The notes under the pieces: model-generated
Told to the model about the DNA's origin: nothing
What the model saw: the letters and a program-made list of their open reading frames with translations, nothing else
Database searches by the model: none
Shown here: piece after piece, positions 51,077-62,029 of the stretch
How positions within the stretch are numbered: position 1 is the first letter of the stretch
How the letters are laid out: every line of letters begins with the position of its first letter
Assembly (NCBI GenBank): GCA_965249555.1
Contig: OZ252243.1
Coordinates: 832,001 to 896,000 of the forward strand
From: Nitrosopumilus sp.
GTDB taxonomy: Archaea > Thermoproteota > Nitrososphaeria > Nitrososphaerales > Nitrosopumilaceae
Length of the DNA: 64,000 bases
Direction: 5' to 3'
Program-made: the position numbers and the translations under genes

Positions 51077-52240
51077 ATGAAAGAAGAAATTCATGATTTT
51101 ATAATTTGGGACAAGGCCAGGCACAGATATGATTTTTTATTAAATGAGCTCAAAAAGAAATTCTGGATAGTAGATGTTTATGAAGTGACATGGACTGAAG
51201 AAAATTTTGAAAAGAATTTACGTAGATTTTATGGTCCTACACTTTCTAATCCTCAAAAGAAGATGAAACAGTGCGGAACAGGATCATTTTTAGTAATAAT
51301 TTTTCTCGATCCAAAACCAGTTTATCAATTCAGAAAAACTTCTCTGGGAATGCAGATGACAGATGTAAATGTATATGATACAAAAAGAGGTTTACGAAAA
51401 TTTTTGGAAGGAGAATTTCCTATTCATGGTTCAATTCATGAGAAAGAGGCAAATCATGATCTCACATTAATTTTAGGTAAAAATACAGATGACTTACTAA
51501 AACAAGCTGATGAGAAATGGAATGGTAAGATTAAGGAGTTTAAAGGAGATTTATTTGGAACAAAAGGTTGGAAAAATCTTCAAGACGTTTTTTATCTTTT
51601 GAATTCTACAACAAATTATGTTATTCTAAGAAATTTTGAGAAATACCCAGAAGGTATAATTTCTGATGAACATCCAGATATAGACATACTAGTAGATGAT
51701 CTAGTACATCTACCGTACATGTTAAATCAACTAAATGTTGTAGCAAAAAAAGAAAATTCACCATATGTAATTATCGAAAATAAAAATGTAAAATTTGATT
51801 TTAGATATGTAGGAGATACTTATTATGATGAAAAATGGTCAAAAAATATCTTAAAACAAAAGATCTTATTCAAAAATAGTATTTATGTTCCAAATAATGA
51901 AGATTGTTTCTATACATTACTTTATCATTGCTTAATACATGGTGCTTCACTAGCAAATTATAAATCAAAACTTGTTAATTTAGCACAAAAACTTGAAATC
52001 AACAATTCAATTACAGAACAATCAGAAATTAAATTAAAAGAATTATTGTGTAAATTTATGGAAAAAAACAGATACACTTACACAAATTCTTTCAAGTATA
52101 AAATTCATCATAATGAAATAACAAGATTATTCAAAGTTGCGATGTTTACTATTAAACATGATGGTTTTGTGGGTCTTATGAGAGTAATAAGAGGTAAGAT
52201 AAGACGAAAAATTAGTAACAAAAATGTTTCTATAAATTAA
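51077..52240 (+). CDS. Putative NDK-like domain + nucleotidyltransferase fusion
   Basis: RRFYG...IHGS....EA.HD in the N half; YVILRN..DIDILV..D.R in the C half. Confidence 0.55.
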   Translation: MKEEIHDFIIWDKARHRYDFLLNELKKKFWIVDVYEVTWTEENFEKNLRRFYGPTLSNPQKKMKQCGTGSFLVIIFLDPKPVYQFRKTSLGMQMTDVNVYDTKRGLRKFLEGEFPIHGSIHEKEANHDLTLILGKNTDDLLKQADEKWNGKIKEFKGDLFGTKGWKNLQDVFYLLNSTTNYVILRNFEKYPEGIISDEHPDIDILVDDLVHLPYMLNQLNVVAKKENSPYVIIENKNVKFDFRYVGDTYYDEKWSKNILKQKILFKNSIYVPNNEDCFYTLLYHCLIHGASLANYKSKLVNLAQKLEINNSITEQSEIKLKELLCKFMEKNRYTYTNSFKYKIHHNEITRLFKVAMFTIKHDGFVGLMRVIRGKIRRKISNKNVSIN

Positions 52241-52261
52241 TTACAAAGAACATTTTTTTGC

Positions 52262-52307
52262 AAAAATACATAATGTTAAATTTAAATTAAATTATTTGAG
52301 TTTGTAA
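52262..52307 (+). repeat. Duplicated upstream/promoter block, copy 2
   Basis: See 47646-47690. Confidence 0.7.
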
Positions 52308-54170
52308 TTGATTCCCATATTTTATTGTCCTCAATGTAAAACAGAATTAGTTTTAATTAAAAATAGTCTATCGTGTAAAGACTGTCAGGAAAGTTATGTG
52401 TATGAAAATGAAATTAGTTTATTTCCAATATCAATAAAACATAAAGAAATTGATACTAAAATAAAAAATTTAATTGATGAAATTAACAAAATTAGCTATG
52501 GTTTAGCTATTGAAAATTTTATTAATAAAAATCCAGAATTGAAAAGTAGTTTAATAAATACTAAATATGATCAAAGTGTAGATTCAATTTTTCATTGTAT
52601 AGGTAATAACAATAATCATGTTTTAGAAATTAAAAGTGGATTAGGTAATAAGATAGAAAGCCTTTCAAATATTTTCAAACAGGTTTATTCAATTGAATTT
52701 AATGATAATTTATTAGAATTTCAGAAAATTAGATTTAATCAAAGAAAATGTGAAAATATATCAATTGCTAAATGTGAACTATTCAAACTTCCTTTTCCAG
52801 ATAATTTTTTTGATTTAATTTTGTGTAATGACTTGTTAGATACAATTACAGAACTTTATGATGGAGATGTTTTACAGAATCAGAATCGGTTAATAAAAGA
52901 ATTAAAACGAGTAATAAATTCAGATGGAAAAATAATTTTTGGAATTGGAAACAAATATGGTATAAAATCATCAATAAAGGAAAATCATTTTACACAACAA
53001 GAAAATGTTTCAAAACAAAGTTATTCAAATTTTAAAGAATTGTTTGAAACAAATGAATTATATATAAAATCTTATTGGGTTTTTCCTACTTATGATAAAC
53101 CATATTTTTCAGGCAAATTAGAAGATGAATTATCTTTAAAATGGTTTTTTAATAATTTGGATAATCTTATAGGAAAACAAACTCTACCTATAAAGAAGAA
53201 ATTATTGTTATCAGTAATTAAAAAATTAAATTATCCATTCATACAAAAACTATTAGAAATTTTTTCACCATCATTTGTTTTTTGTTGTGGAAAAATTCCT
53301 TTAACAGAAACATTAGAAGATTGGATAAAACAAGATACCAATTATGAAAATTATTTAATGTTAAGCAGAAGAATGAAAGTATTATTTGTATTATTAAATA
53401 AAAAAGGTATTCCAGAAAAAATTGTTTCAGTAAAAAGATATGGAAATAAATTTCCTACAAAGTTGGAACAATTAGAACGAAAGTTTCCTATTATGAAAGA
53501 TCCTGAAAAGAAAGCATGGGTAGAAGAATGGTTTGCGGGTCGTTCATTAAATCCATTGGATCTTGATGAAGTTACTTTAGCTATCAATTGGTTGATTCAT
53601 TTTCAAAATAATTCAAAAAAAGAATTAATTGATAAAAATGATGTAAGTAAAGAAATTGAATTAATAAAAAAAGGATTACAACAAGTTAGTCATGGTGATC
53701 TTAATCAATATTATGAATGGTTAAATCAATACAAAAATTACATTAACCAAAATAAAATTTTTAAAACTGCAGTACATGGAGATTTTTGGGTTACCAATAT
53801 ATTGTTTAATCCAAAAACACAAAGAACTCATGTTTTAGATTGGGAGCTGTTTAGAGAAAAAGGAAATCCCCTACTAGATTTTTTGTTATTCTTGTATGAT
53901 ATTATGGCAATGACAGGAGATGAACCATTAGAAACTTTTAAGAAAAATCTTGCAGGAAATGGAGCAGCAAGTAAAATTGTTGATAAAATTAAGTTAATGA
54001 TGGAAGAACATTTTGGTTTCAAATTAGATATTATTTTGCTTTTGAGGTTTTATTTAATGAGAAAAATGGTTCCAAAAGAAGAAGAGATGAGAGAAGGGAT
54101 TCCGAAGGATAATCCTACCAAAAATGAATCTACATTATATGTAAAAATGTTAGATATGCTATCAAAATAA
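52308..54170 (+). CDS. Zn-ribbon + methyltransferase + APH/choline-kinase-like fusion
   Basis: CPQC/CKDC, LEIKSGLG, LPFPDNFFDL, HGDFWVTNIL and LDWE motifs. Confidence 0.8.
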   Translation: MIPIFYCPQCKTELVLIKNSLSCKDCQESYVYENEISLFPISIKHKEIDTKIKNLIDEINKISYGLAIENFINKNPELKSSLINTKYDQSVDSIFHCIGNNNNHVLEIKSGLGNKIESLSNIFKQVYSIEFNDNLLEFQKIRFNQRKCENISIAKCELFKLPFPDNFFDLILCNDLLDTITELYDGDVLQNQNRLIKELKRVINSDGKIIFGIGNKYGIKSSIKENHFTQQENVSKQSYSNFKELFETNELYIKSYWVFPTYDKPYFSGKLEDELSLKWFFNNLDNLIGKQTLPIKKKLLLSVIKKLNYPFIQKLLEIFSPSFVFCCGKIPLTETLEDWIKQDTNYENYLMLSRRMKVLFVLLNKKGIPEKIVSVKRYGNKFPTKLEQLERKFPIMKDPEKKAWVEEWFAGRSLNPLDLDEVTLAINWLIHFQNNSKKELIDKNDVSKEIELIKKGLQQVSHGDLNQYYEWLNQYKNYINQNKIFKTAVHGDFWVTNILFNPKTQRTHVLDWELFREKGNPLLDFLLFLYDIMAMTGDEPLETFKKNLAGNGAASKIVDKIKLMMEEHFGFKLDIILLLRFYLMRKMVPKEEEMREGIPKDNPTKNESTLYVKMLDMLSK

Positions 54171-54222
54171 TGTCTACAAGAATGTTTAACAAAAAAATAC
54201 CTTTTTTCTAATCTAAGGAAGC

Positions 54223-55725
54223 ATGTCAAACATAAGAGTCACGTATGCAGGATTAATTTCGTTATCAATAAGATTATCGAGTATTATTACAGGATTAGTC
54301 TTTGTTCTAATAACAACTAGAGAATTAACTCAGAATGAGTTTGGAACATGGGGATTGATTAGTGGGATTTTTGTTTATGCTATTGCTATTCATCCAATTG
54401 TAACTTATTGGGCAACAAGAGAGATTGCTAGAGGAGAAAAAACAGGTAAAACTGTTTTTCTTTCAAGTAGTATGTTTTCCATCATAGGACTTGCAATCTA
54501 TATTGGAGTTGCAGCATTTGTATCATTTCAATCAGATGCAGAAACAGAAATGTTATTTTTTGCAGCAATTTTAATTCCAGTAATATTCATAAATGATTCT
54601 TTATCTGCTACAGCTTTAGGTTCAAAACCACAAGTAGTAAGTTACGGTTTTTTAGCTTTTGAAATTTCAAAAATTCCACTTGCCATATTGTTTGTCTATT
54701 TTATGCAAATGGGATTAGAAGGAGCTATTATTGCAACATTTGGCGCATATATTCCAAGCATAATTATCATGTGGATAAAGATAAGATTTGCTTTAAAAAA
54801 TTCAATTAAAAAAGAATACATAAAAAAATGGATAAAACTTTTCTGGGTTCCATCATATAGAAATATTCCATCATTGATTTCAATGTCAGATGTAATTGTA
54901 TTTTCGGCAATAACTGGATCTGTTTCTGGAGTTGCATATTATACTGCAGCAAGAACCATAGGTTTCTTAGTAAATCATACACGATCTTTTTCTGAAGCAT
55001 TATATCCCAAGTTGTTAGAAACTGGAGAACGTAATTTTCTTGGAGAAAATTTAATTAAATTATTTTATTTTGCATTTCCACTTTTAGGATTATCAATTGT
55101 TTTAGCAAAACCAGGATTATATGCTCTTAATCCAATATATGAAATTGCAGAATTAGTTGTAATAATTATAGCAATAAGATCTTTTTTTACCACACTTGGT
55201 AAAATTTTATTTCAAGCGTTGCAAGGAATTGAAAAAGTTGATACGAACAAAAATTCTACTTTCAAAGACTATGCATCTAGTAAGTTAATATTGTATCCTA
55301 CCTTTCAGTTAATAAGAAATGGTATTTATTTTGCTAGTTTAGCCATAATTTTGTTTTTGCTACATTCAGAAAAAGCTGAAATTGAATTAGTAATATACTG
55401 GGCAATGATAGGCCTAATTATTGAGATTCCTTTGACGATATACATCTACAAATTAGTCAAAAAAAGTTTCAAACTTAAAATTGATCATTCAAGTTTAATC
55501 AAATACCTAACTGCGACATTTGTCGTTTTTAGTTTGCTATATTTACTAATTACAGTATTTCTAGAATATAGAATTTCAATTTTTGAGTTCTTACCACAAG
55601 TAATAGGTTTTGCTGCTATTGGTATTATTGGATATTTAGCCCTCACTTATGCTATTGATAATAGAACACGAATACTTGTAAAAGCAATAATAAATGAAAT
55701 AAAACCACAAAAAGAGAAAAATTGA
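54223..55725 (+). CDS. Wzx/MOP-family oligosaccharide flippase
   Basis: About 12-14 TM helices; R.L...EFG.W pattern. Confidence 0.82.
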   Translation: MSNIRVTYAGLISLSIRLSSIITGLVFVLITTRELTQNEFGTWGLISGIFVYAIAIHPIVTYWATREIARGEKTGKTVFLSSSMFSIIGLAIYIGVAAFVSFQSDAETEMLFFAAILIPVIFINDSLSATALGSKPQVVSYGFLAFEISKIPLAILFVYFMQMGLEGAIIATFGAYIPSIIIMWIKIRFALKNSIKKEYIKKWIKLFWVPSYRNIPSLISMSDVIVFSAITGSVSGVAYYTAARTIGFLVNHTRSFSEALYPKLLETGERNFLGENLIKLFYFAFPLLGLSIVLAKPGLYALNPIYEIAELVVIIIAIRSFFTTLGKILFQALQGIEKVDTNKNSTFKDYASSKLILYPTFQLIRNGIYFASLAIILFLLHSEKAEIELVIYWAMIGLIIEIPLTIYIYKLVKKSFKLKIDHSSLIKYLTATFVVFSLLYLLITVFLEYRISIFEFLPQVIGFAAIGIIGYLALTYAIDNRTRILVKAIINEIKPQKEKN

Positions 55726-56846
55726 AGAAAAAAATTTGTGTTTTTCCAAATGATGCTTTAAAGGATTATTTTAAAAAAGGGGAAATTAAGTACGGGTATT
55801 TTAATCCGTGTAATTTTTTTGATGAAATACATGTTATTTCTCTTTTTGATAATGAGATAGGAGCAGAAAAAGTATCAAAGCTTGCAGGAAGAGGGGAATT
55901 AATTATTCATAAAATTGGAAAAGTAAATCTTACAAATTATCATTCATTTGAAGAAAAGATTGAAAAGATCATATTAGAAATCAATCCACAAATAATTAGG
56001 GCTTTTAATCCACTAGTTCAAGGGTGGTTAGCAACAAAGATTGCTAAAAAAAATAAAATTCCTATTGTGATTTCAGTACATACGAATTATAGTCAACAAA
56101 GAGAATTACTAAAGAAAGAAAGAAAATATTTGAAATTCATAAAACTCTTATACACATCAAAAAAAATTGAAAGTTATTGTTTGAAAAATGCTGATGTTAT
56201 AATTTGTGTTTATGAATTCATTGTACCATACGTTGAAAAAATGCATGGACAGAACATTCAAATAATTTACAATAAAGTTGACTTGCAAAATTTTTCTCCT
56301 GAAAAACCCCCTAAATTCAAAAACAAAATTCCTACAATCATATCCGTAGGCCGTCTAATTGATCAAAAAAATCACATGTATTTACTACAAGCAGTCAAAG
56401 ATTTGGATATGAAGTTATTAATCATAGGTGATGGTCCAAATCTTCAAAAATTAACTAATTTTATCGAAAATGAAGGGATTTCAAGCAAAGTAGAAATTAT
56501 CAAGTCAGTTGCAAATGAAGATTTGGCTAGTTATTACATATCTGCAGATATTTACGCCCAACCAATGGAAAATCTAGACGGAATTCCTATTCCAGTTTTA
56601 GAAGCCATGGCATGTGGCCTTCCCATAGTGATGTCAAAACATAAAGATGATTATTCAGAAATAATTGATGACACGGTGTATTTTGTAGATAACAAATCAG
56701 ATAGTTTCAAAATTGCATTTGAAAAAATTCTTACAGATAGTGAATTGAAAAATAATTTGAGAGAAAAATCTCTAGAAACTATCAAAAAAATAAGTGGGAA
56801 AAAGATGGAGAACGCAGAATTACAGGTTTATAAAAAATTGTTCTAG
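55722..56846 (+). CDS. Glycosyltransferase family 4
   Basis: VGRL..QKN and LEAMACGLPIV motifs. Confidence 0.92.
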   Translation: MKKKICVFPNDALKDYFKKGEIKYGYFNPCNFFDEIHVISLFDNEIGAEKVSKLAGRGELIIHKIGKVNLTNYHSFEEKIEKIILEINPQIIRAFNPLVQGWLATKIAKKNKIPIVISVHTNYSQQRELLKKERKYLKFIKLLYTSKKIESYCLKNADVIICVYEFIVPYVEKMHGQNIQIIYNKVDLQNFSPEKPPKFKNKIPTIISVGRLIDQKNHMYLLQAVKDLDMKLLIIGDGPNLQKLTNFIENEGISSKVEIIKSVANEDLASYYISADIYAQPMENLDGIPIPVLEAMACGLPIVMSKHKDDYSEIIDDTVYFVDNKSDSFKIAFEKILTDSELKNNLREKSLETIKKISGKKMENAELQVYKKLF

Positions 56847-57985
56847 TACAAAAAGTGTTCCGTATTAGAGGATACAATTTTTTCAGAATTATTTATCCAA
56901 TAAAATGCTTGTAAGGCAAACATAGAGCCCCAAGAATTAAGGCGAGTATTTTTTTTCCATCCAAATAGTGTTTTAAAATTTTCTTCATAAAATCCACCAT
57001 TAATTTTTGGATCATTACTTTTAGCTTGTAATGTTAACAAAAATGATTTTAGTGACTGTACATATTTTGAATATTTTTTAGAGTTTTCTATTTTATCAAC
57101 TAAAATCATCAAGCGAATTAACTGAGCTGTGTGATAGGAAGTTTTTGCTTGTTTGTAACTAGAATTAAACCATAAATTTACACTCCCATCTTTTTGAATT
57201 TGCGATATTACCCAGTCTAAGGCTTTTTTACATACCTCAAAAAATTGTTTATTCTTTGTAACCAAAAATGCATGTAATAATCCTTCAAGTGAGTAACATA
57301 AAGTATGTAAATGAATTATATCACTATTTTTATGAATAGAAAGACTTCCATCATCTTTTTGAAATTTTGGATAAACATTACAAATTTTATTTATTGTTTC
57401 TAATAATTTAGAATCGTTTGTAATCTTGTAAAGAGTACAAAATGGAATCACATTTTTAATATGTAAACATCCTTTCTGTTTATACCATAAAGAGTCATCT
57501 TCTTCAAATTTTTGTGTAGATAAATTATAAATTGGTTTTATAGAACCGTCTGATTCAATTGCCTCATCTGTTAACCATTTTAATAACATCTGTGCAAAAT
57601 CAAGATATTTTTCTTTCTTTGTTAACAGATAGCAATCAAGAATTCCTTGTGCACAAATTCCAGTATCAAATGAATAGATGAGTTTTTGTTTTGCTTCTTT
57701 TGTGTATATACCTTGAATAATTCCTCCGTATTTATCATGAATCTTCATCAACCAGTCTGCAGATTGTTTGCTTTTTTCAATTAGTTGAGCATGTGGTTCT
57801 ATTTCATGTAAAAATCGTAAGGTACTAAGAAAATATCCAGTTATTTCAGGATAAACAAATCCATATTCACTTTTGGAGGTATCAAAATAAGAATAAACTC
57901 CTCCCAAATTTTCATTATTTGTATCAGAAATGGTTAGACCCGATGTTAGTAACCAATTTTTTAATTGATTAAACTCGTCATTCAA
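56843..57985 (-). CDS. (alpha/alpha)6-barrel protein (epimerase/hydrolase-like)
   Basis: YPEITGY, FDTG, Q..DGS repeats and H...Y.LEGL motif. Confidence 0.65.
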   Translation of the reverse strand: MNDEFNQLKNWLLTSGLTISDTNNENLGGVYSYFDTSKSEYGFVYPEITGYFLSTLRFLHEIEPHAQLIEKSKQSADWLMKIHDKYGGIIQGIYTKEAKQKLIYSFDTGICAQGILDCYLLTKKEKYLDFAQMLLKWLTDEAIESDGSIKPIYNLSTQKFEEDDSLWYKQKGCLHIKNVIPFCTLYKITNDSKLLETINKICNVYPKFQKDDGSLSIHKNSDIIHLHTLCYSLEGLLHAFLVTKNKQFFEVCKKALDWVISQIQKDGSVNLWFNSSYKQAKTSYHTAQLIRLMILVDKIENSKKYSKYVQSLKSFLLTLQAKSNDPKINGGFYEENFKTLFGWKKNTRLNSWGSMFALQAFYWINNSEKIVSSNTEHFLY

Positions 57986-58027
57986 TTTAACATAACACTT
58001 TAGTTATTCCTTTAAAAGGTAAACTAG

Positions 58028-59158
58028 ATGAAGGTACTCGCAGTTATTTTTCATTTTCCGCCTATTAGTGGAGGAGGAGTAATAGTCGCAGTAGAAATCA
58101 TAAACAATCTAGCAAAATCAGGACACAAAATTACTGTTATAACACCAGAATTAAAATGGGATGGACCAACTTATGATCCAAAAATGGAATCAAATGTAGA
58201 GATTATTAGAGTAAAGATTCCCTCAAGCGATAAAATTAAGATAGCAGCTAGAAGATGTAGAAATTATCTTAAAAAAGAAGCTGAGAAAGCTGGAAAACAG
58301 TCTCATTATGATTTTATTTTTACAATATTTCATCCATTTCACATGGCACCACATGCCGCTGTAGATTGTGGAAAAAATTTGGGACTACCAGTAATTGTCA
58401 AGATTGATGATGCAATATATCAAAAATCAAGCGGACTAAAATCTATACAAAGAATGATCGAAAAAGTCTATAATTCTAAAGCACTAAACAAAGCAAGCAC
58501 TGTTCTAGTGTCAAATGAAGAAACAAAAAATATTGTGAATAAATTTTACAAAGTTGATAAAAATAAGATTAAGATAATTCCAAACGGAGTAAATATTTCA
58601 AAGTTTAAACATATACAGACAAATTCAAAGAAGATAATTTTTTCTGGTGTAATGTATCATCATAGAGGACTAGATGTATTAATTGACGCCGCACCACTAG
58701 TCATAAAAGAGATTCCAGATGTTGAAATTGAGTTATATGGTGAAGGTCCAGAATTAGCAAAATTAAAAGCATTAGTCAAAGAAAAGAAATTAGAATCTAA
58801 TGTAAAATTTATGGGATGGATTTCAAATGATAAGATTCCAGATGTGTTATCTAAGGCATCAATCGGTTTAGGCCCATTAAGAAAAACAGAGGTTACAAGC
58901 AACGCTCTTCCAATCAAAGTCTTAGAATACATGGCAAGCTCTCTCCCCATTATTGCCATATCTGGTACTTTACCAAAGGATGTACTAATAGATGGAGAAA
59001 ATGGATATTTTGTTAAAAATCACACAGAGTTGGCATTGAAAATTATAGAAATCTTATCCAACGAGGATAAACAATATGTGATGGGTAAAAAGTCTTCAGA
59101 AATTGTAGAAAATTTTGATTGGAAAACTATTATTGAGAAGATCATTAAATTAGCATAG
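58028..59158 (+). CDS. Glycosyltransferase family 4
   Basis: FPP..GG, IPNGV and PIKVLEYMAS.LPI motifs. Confidence 0.92.
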   Translation: MKVLAVIFHFPPISGGGVIVAVEIINNLAKSGHKITVITPELKWDGPTYDPKMESNVEIIRVKIPSSDKIKIAARRCRNYLKKEAEKAGKQSHYDFIFTIFHPFHMAPHAAVDCGKNLGLPVIVKIDDAIYQKSSGLKSIQRMIEKVYNSKALNKASTVLVSNEETKNIVNKFYKVDKNKIKIIPNGVNISKFKHIQTNSKKIIFSGVMYHHRGLDVLIDAAPLVIKEIPDVEIELYGEGPELAKLKALVKEKKLESNVKFMGWISNDKIPDVLSKASIGLGPLRKTEVTSNALPIKVLEYMASSLPIIAISGTLPKDVLIDGENGYFVKNHTELALKIIEILSNEDKQYVMGKKSSEIVENFDWKTIIEKIIKLA

Positions 59159-59824
59159 TCAATTTTTAGTCATAATAAAAGAAGTATCTTTCATTTTTCT
59201 ATTAGAGTAATCATATGCAACTTTTTTAATAATATTTTGAATTGGTTTTGGGAATTTATAAAATTGATATTTTCTCAACTTACCTTTTAGTGCCATCATT
59301 TCATGAGGACTAAATTCATTTACATTAAAACCAAAATTGCCAAAAATTTTTTTCCATTCATTAAAAGTATTTGTAAAAACATCAGTTTCGTTTCTCCCCT
59401 CAACTCCTTCATTTGGAGTTAAAAACCAGATTTTCCCATCATTCTGTAAGGTTCTCTTTAGTTCATTGGAAAAAAATTCAATGTTATGAACATGTTCTAC
59501 AGAATAAAATCCTCCAATGAAATCAAATTTTTTGTCATCAAATGGAAATTTGTCAGAATTAAAATTTACTTTGAATAATTTGTCTTTTACTGAAGGATGT
59601 GCCTGTGAAATTGCATAATCTGAGCCATCAATTCCATATGCTTCAACTCCTAATTCACTAAGAGATTTGACTAATTCTCCATAAGAACATCCTACATCCA
59701 AGGCAGTTTTTGGCTTAAATTTTTCAACGATAAATTCTGCTCTTCTTTGCCACATTGGAGGCCTAGAACGAGTAGAGAAGTAGGTTTCATCATAAAGACG
59801 TTGAAGATCATCATCTTGATACAT
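59159..59824 (-). CDS. Class I SAM-dependent methyltransferase
   Basis: LDVGCSYG, GID.S, VEH and TPN motifs. Confidence 0.9.
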   Translation of the reverse strand: MYQDDDLQRLYDETYFSTRSRPPMWQRRAEFIVEKFKPKTALDVGCSYGELVKSLSELGVEAYGIDGSDYAISQAHPSVKDKLFKVNFNSDKFPFDDKKFDFIGGFYSVEHVHNIEFFSNELKRTLQNDGKIWFLTPNEGVEGRNETDVFTNTFNEWKKIFGNFGFNVNEFSPHEMMALKGKLRKYQFYKFPKPIQNIIKKVAYDYSNRKMKDTSFIMTKN

Positions 59825-59893
59825 ACTTGCTGATTATACAATAGAAGATTTCTTTATTATTGTTCACAAAATATGCCTATATTGTATACAAAT

Positions 59894-60964
59894 TCATAAA
59901 TTTTTTTTCAGAATTTTAATTATTTTTTCAGAAGCATTACCAATTCCATAAGGCGATTTTTTATTTTTTATTTGAGGGTTTTTTGAGGTTTTTTTAATTG
60001 ATGATAAAATTTTAGAATAAGATGTACCAACAAGTTCTGCAAACCCGGATTTGACTGATTCTGGTCTATCTGTAGTTTTACGTACAATTATTGCTTTTTT
60101 CATAATTCTAGGTGATGTAATCTCTTCTTGAATTCCACCAGAATCAGTTAAAATAAACTTAGATTTTTTCATCAATTCTAATATTTCAAAATAACCTACA
60201 GAATTTATCAGGAGAATATTTTCAGAATTTTTAATTTTATCATACAAATTAAATTCTTTTAATTGTTTTATGGTACGTGGATGAACAGGAAAAACAACAT
60301 CTTGTTTAGAATGTAAAACAGCTTTAATTATTGCAGATAATGAATTTTTATTATCAACATTCTCTGCTCTATGCAAAGTCATTAGTATATAATCATCAAT
60401 ATCAACATCTACAGAAGATTTTTTGGTGGAAATTTTAGAGTATTGATTTATTGAATCAATGATTGTATTTCCTGTGATAAAGGATTTACCATGAACTTTT
60501 TCAGCTATAAGATTTTTGTATGCATGTTTTGTTGGTGCAAATAAATATTCAGACAAGTGATCTGTCGCAATTCGATTATGTTCTTCAGGCATTCTCCAAT
60601 CATAACTTCTAAGTCCTGCTTCAACATGACTAACTGGAAATCCTGACTTTAATGATGAAAGAGTTGCAGATAAAACAGTATTAGTATCACCTTGAACTAT
60701 AATTGTATCTGGTTTTATCTCCTGTAAAATTTTTGAAAGTTTTAAAATAATTTGACTCATTTGAATAGAAGGATTAGATTTAGAAATTTGTAATGAATAA
60801 TCAGGTTTTCTTAAACCAAGTTGATCAATAAACTTCAGACCCATAGAATAGTCATAATGCTGTCCAGTGAATATAACAGAAGAATTTTTTGTAGACAGTT
60901 TGTTGATTATAGGTGCAAGTTTGATTATTTCAGGTCTGGTACCCATAATTATTGCAGTTTTCAT
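59894..60964 (-). CDS. wecB: UDP-N-acetylglucosamine 2-epimerase (non-hydrolysing)
   Basis: GTRPEIIK, TGQH, HVEAGLRS, PEE.NR and TDSGGIQEE motifs. Confidence 0.95.
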   Translation of the reverse strand: MKTAIIMGTRPEIIKLAPIINKLSTKNSSVIFTGQHYDYSMGLKFIDQLGLRKPDYSLQISKSNPSIQMSQIILKLSKILQEIKPDTIIVQGDTNTVLSATLSSLKSGFPVSHVEAGLRSYDWRMPEEHNRIATDHLSEYLFAPTKHAYKNLIAEKVHGKSFITGNTIIDSINQYSKISTKKSSVDVDIDDYILMTLHRAENVDNKNSLSAIIKAVLHSKQDVVFPVHPRTIKQLKEFNLYDKIKNSENILLINSVGYFEILELMKKSKFILTDSGGIQEEITSPRIMKKAIIVRKTTDRPESVKSGFAELVGTSYSKILSSIKKTSKNPQIKNKKSPYGIGNASEKIIKILKKNL

Positions 60965-61075
60965 GCTATACAGGCACGTATATTATCTAACTTATTATTG
61001 ATTATTGTAGACGAAATTTATCATATACTAGGAAATCTAATCAAATTTGTTAGGAATTAGAGGTATGAAATTTAC

Positions 61076-62026
61076 ATGAAAATTTTATTTATTGCACCTA
61101 GATTCGAAGGGGGGATTGGAGGACATGCATCTAGGGTTGCAGAGAAATTAAGAGAAAACGGTTTTGAAATAAAATTGATGCAAGTTTCGAGTATTCCAAT
61201 TAAAAAATTAAAAAATCCTAGTTTTGCGTTATTTAGTACAATCAAATCAATTGTTAGTAGAGAAAAATATGATATAGTTCATGCATTCAATGTTCCATCA
61301 GCTTTTGCAATGCGATATGTTAAAGCAAAGAAACGAGTTCTTTCAGTGCACGGAATGTATTCTGATCAAGTAAATGCATTACATTCTAGAACTACAGCTA
61401 ATGTGGCAAAGCTGGCTGAAGTAAAGGTGTTGAAATGGGCAGATAAATTAACTACAGATTCAATGATGGTTAAAAAACAATATAAAGAAAAACTAGGAGT
61501 TGATTTTGATTGTATCTATGCTCCATTAGATATAAAAAAATTCAAAGATATACCAGATATTCCAAAAAAAGAAAAACAAATTGTATACATAGGGAGAGAT
61601 AGTTATGAAAAAGGAATTGATGTATTAAGAAAAATAGAAAATAAAATTGATGCTGATATTGTTTATTGTACAGATGTAGAATGGAAAGAAGCAATGATTA
61701 AACTCAAAGAATCAAATATTCTGGTTATTCCTTCAAGAATGGAAAGTATTCCACAAGTAATTAAAGAAGCATTTTTTCTAAAAATACCTATTATTGCAAC
61801 AAATGTAGGAGGAATTCCAGAGTTGGTTACTCACAAAGAAACAGGAATGTTAGTACCTCCAGATGATCCAAAAAAATTGGAAGAAACCATCACGGAATTA
61901 TTATCAAACAAAGAATTAGCAGAAAAGATTGCAAGTAATGGATTTGATTTTGTCATGAATAATCTTACTTGGGAAGTATTATTACCAAAATACATTAAAT
62001 TTTACGAAAAATTGTTAAATTCTTAA
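61076..62026 (+). CDS. Glycosyltransferase family 4
   Basis: KGID, PSR.ES.P....EA and TNVGGIPE motifs. Confidence 0.92.
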   Translation: MKILFIAPRFEGGIGGHASRVAEKLRENGFEIKLMQVSSIPIKKLKNPSFALFSTIKSIVSREKYDIVHAFNVPSAFAMRYVKAKKRVLSVHGMYSDQVNALHSRTTANVAKLAEVKVLKWADKLTTDSMMVKKQYKEKLGVDFDCIYAPLDIKKFKDIPDIPKKEKQIVYIGRDSYEKGIDVLRKIENKIDADIVYCTDVEWKEAMIKLKESNILVIPSRMESIPQVIKEAFFLKIPIIATNVGGIPELVTHKETGMLVPPDDPKKLEETITELLSNKELAEKIASNGFDFVMNNLTWEVLLPKYIKFYEKLLNS

Positions 62027-62029
62027 ATT

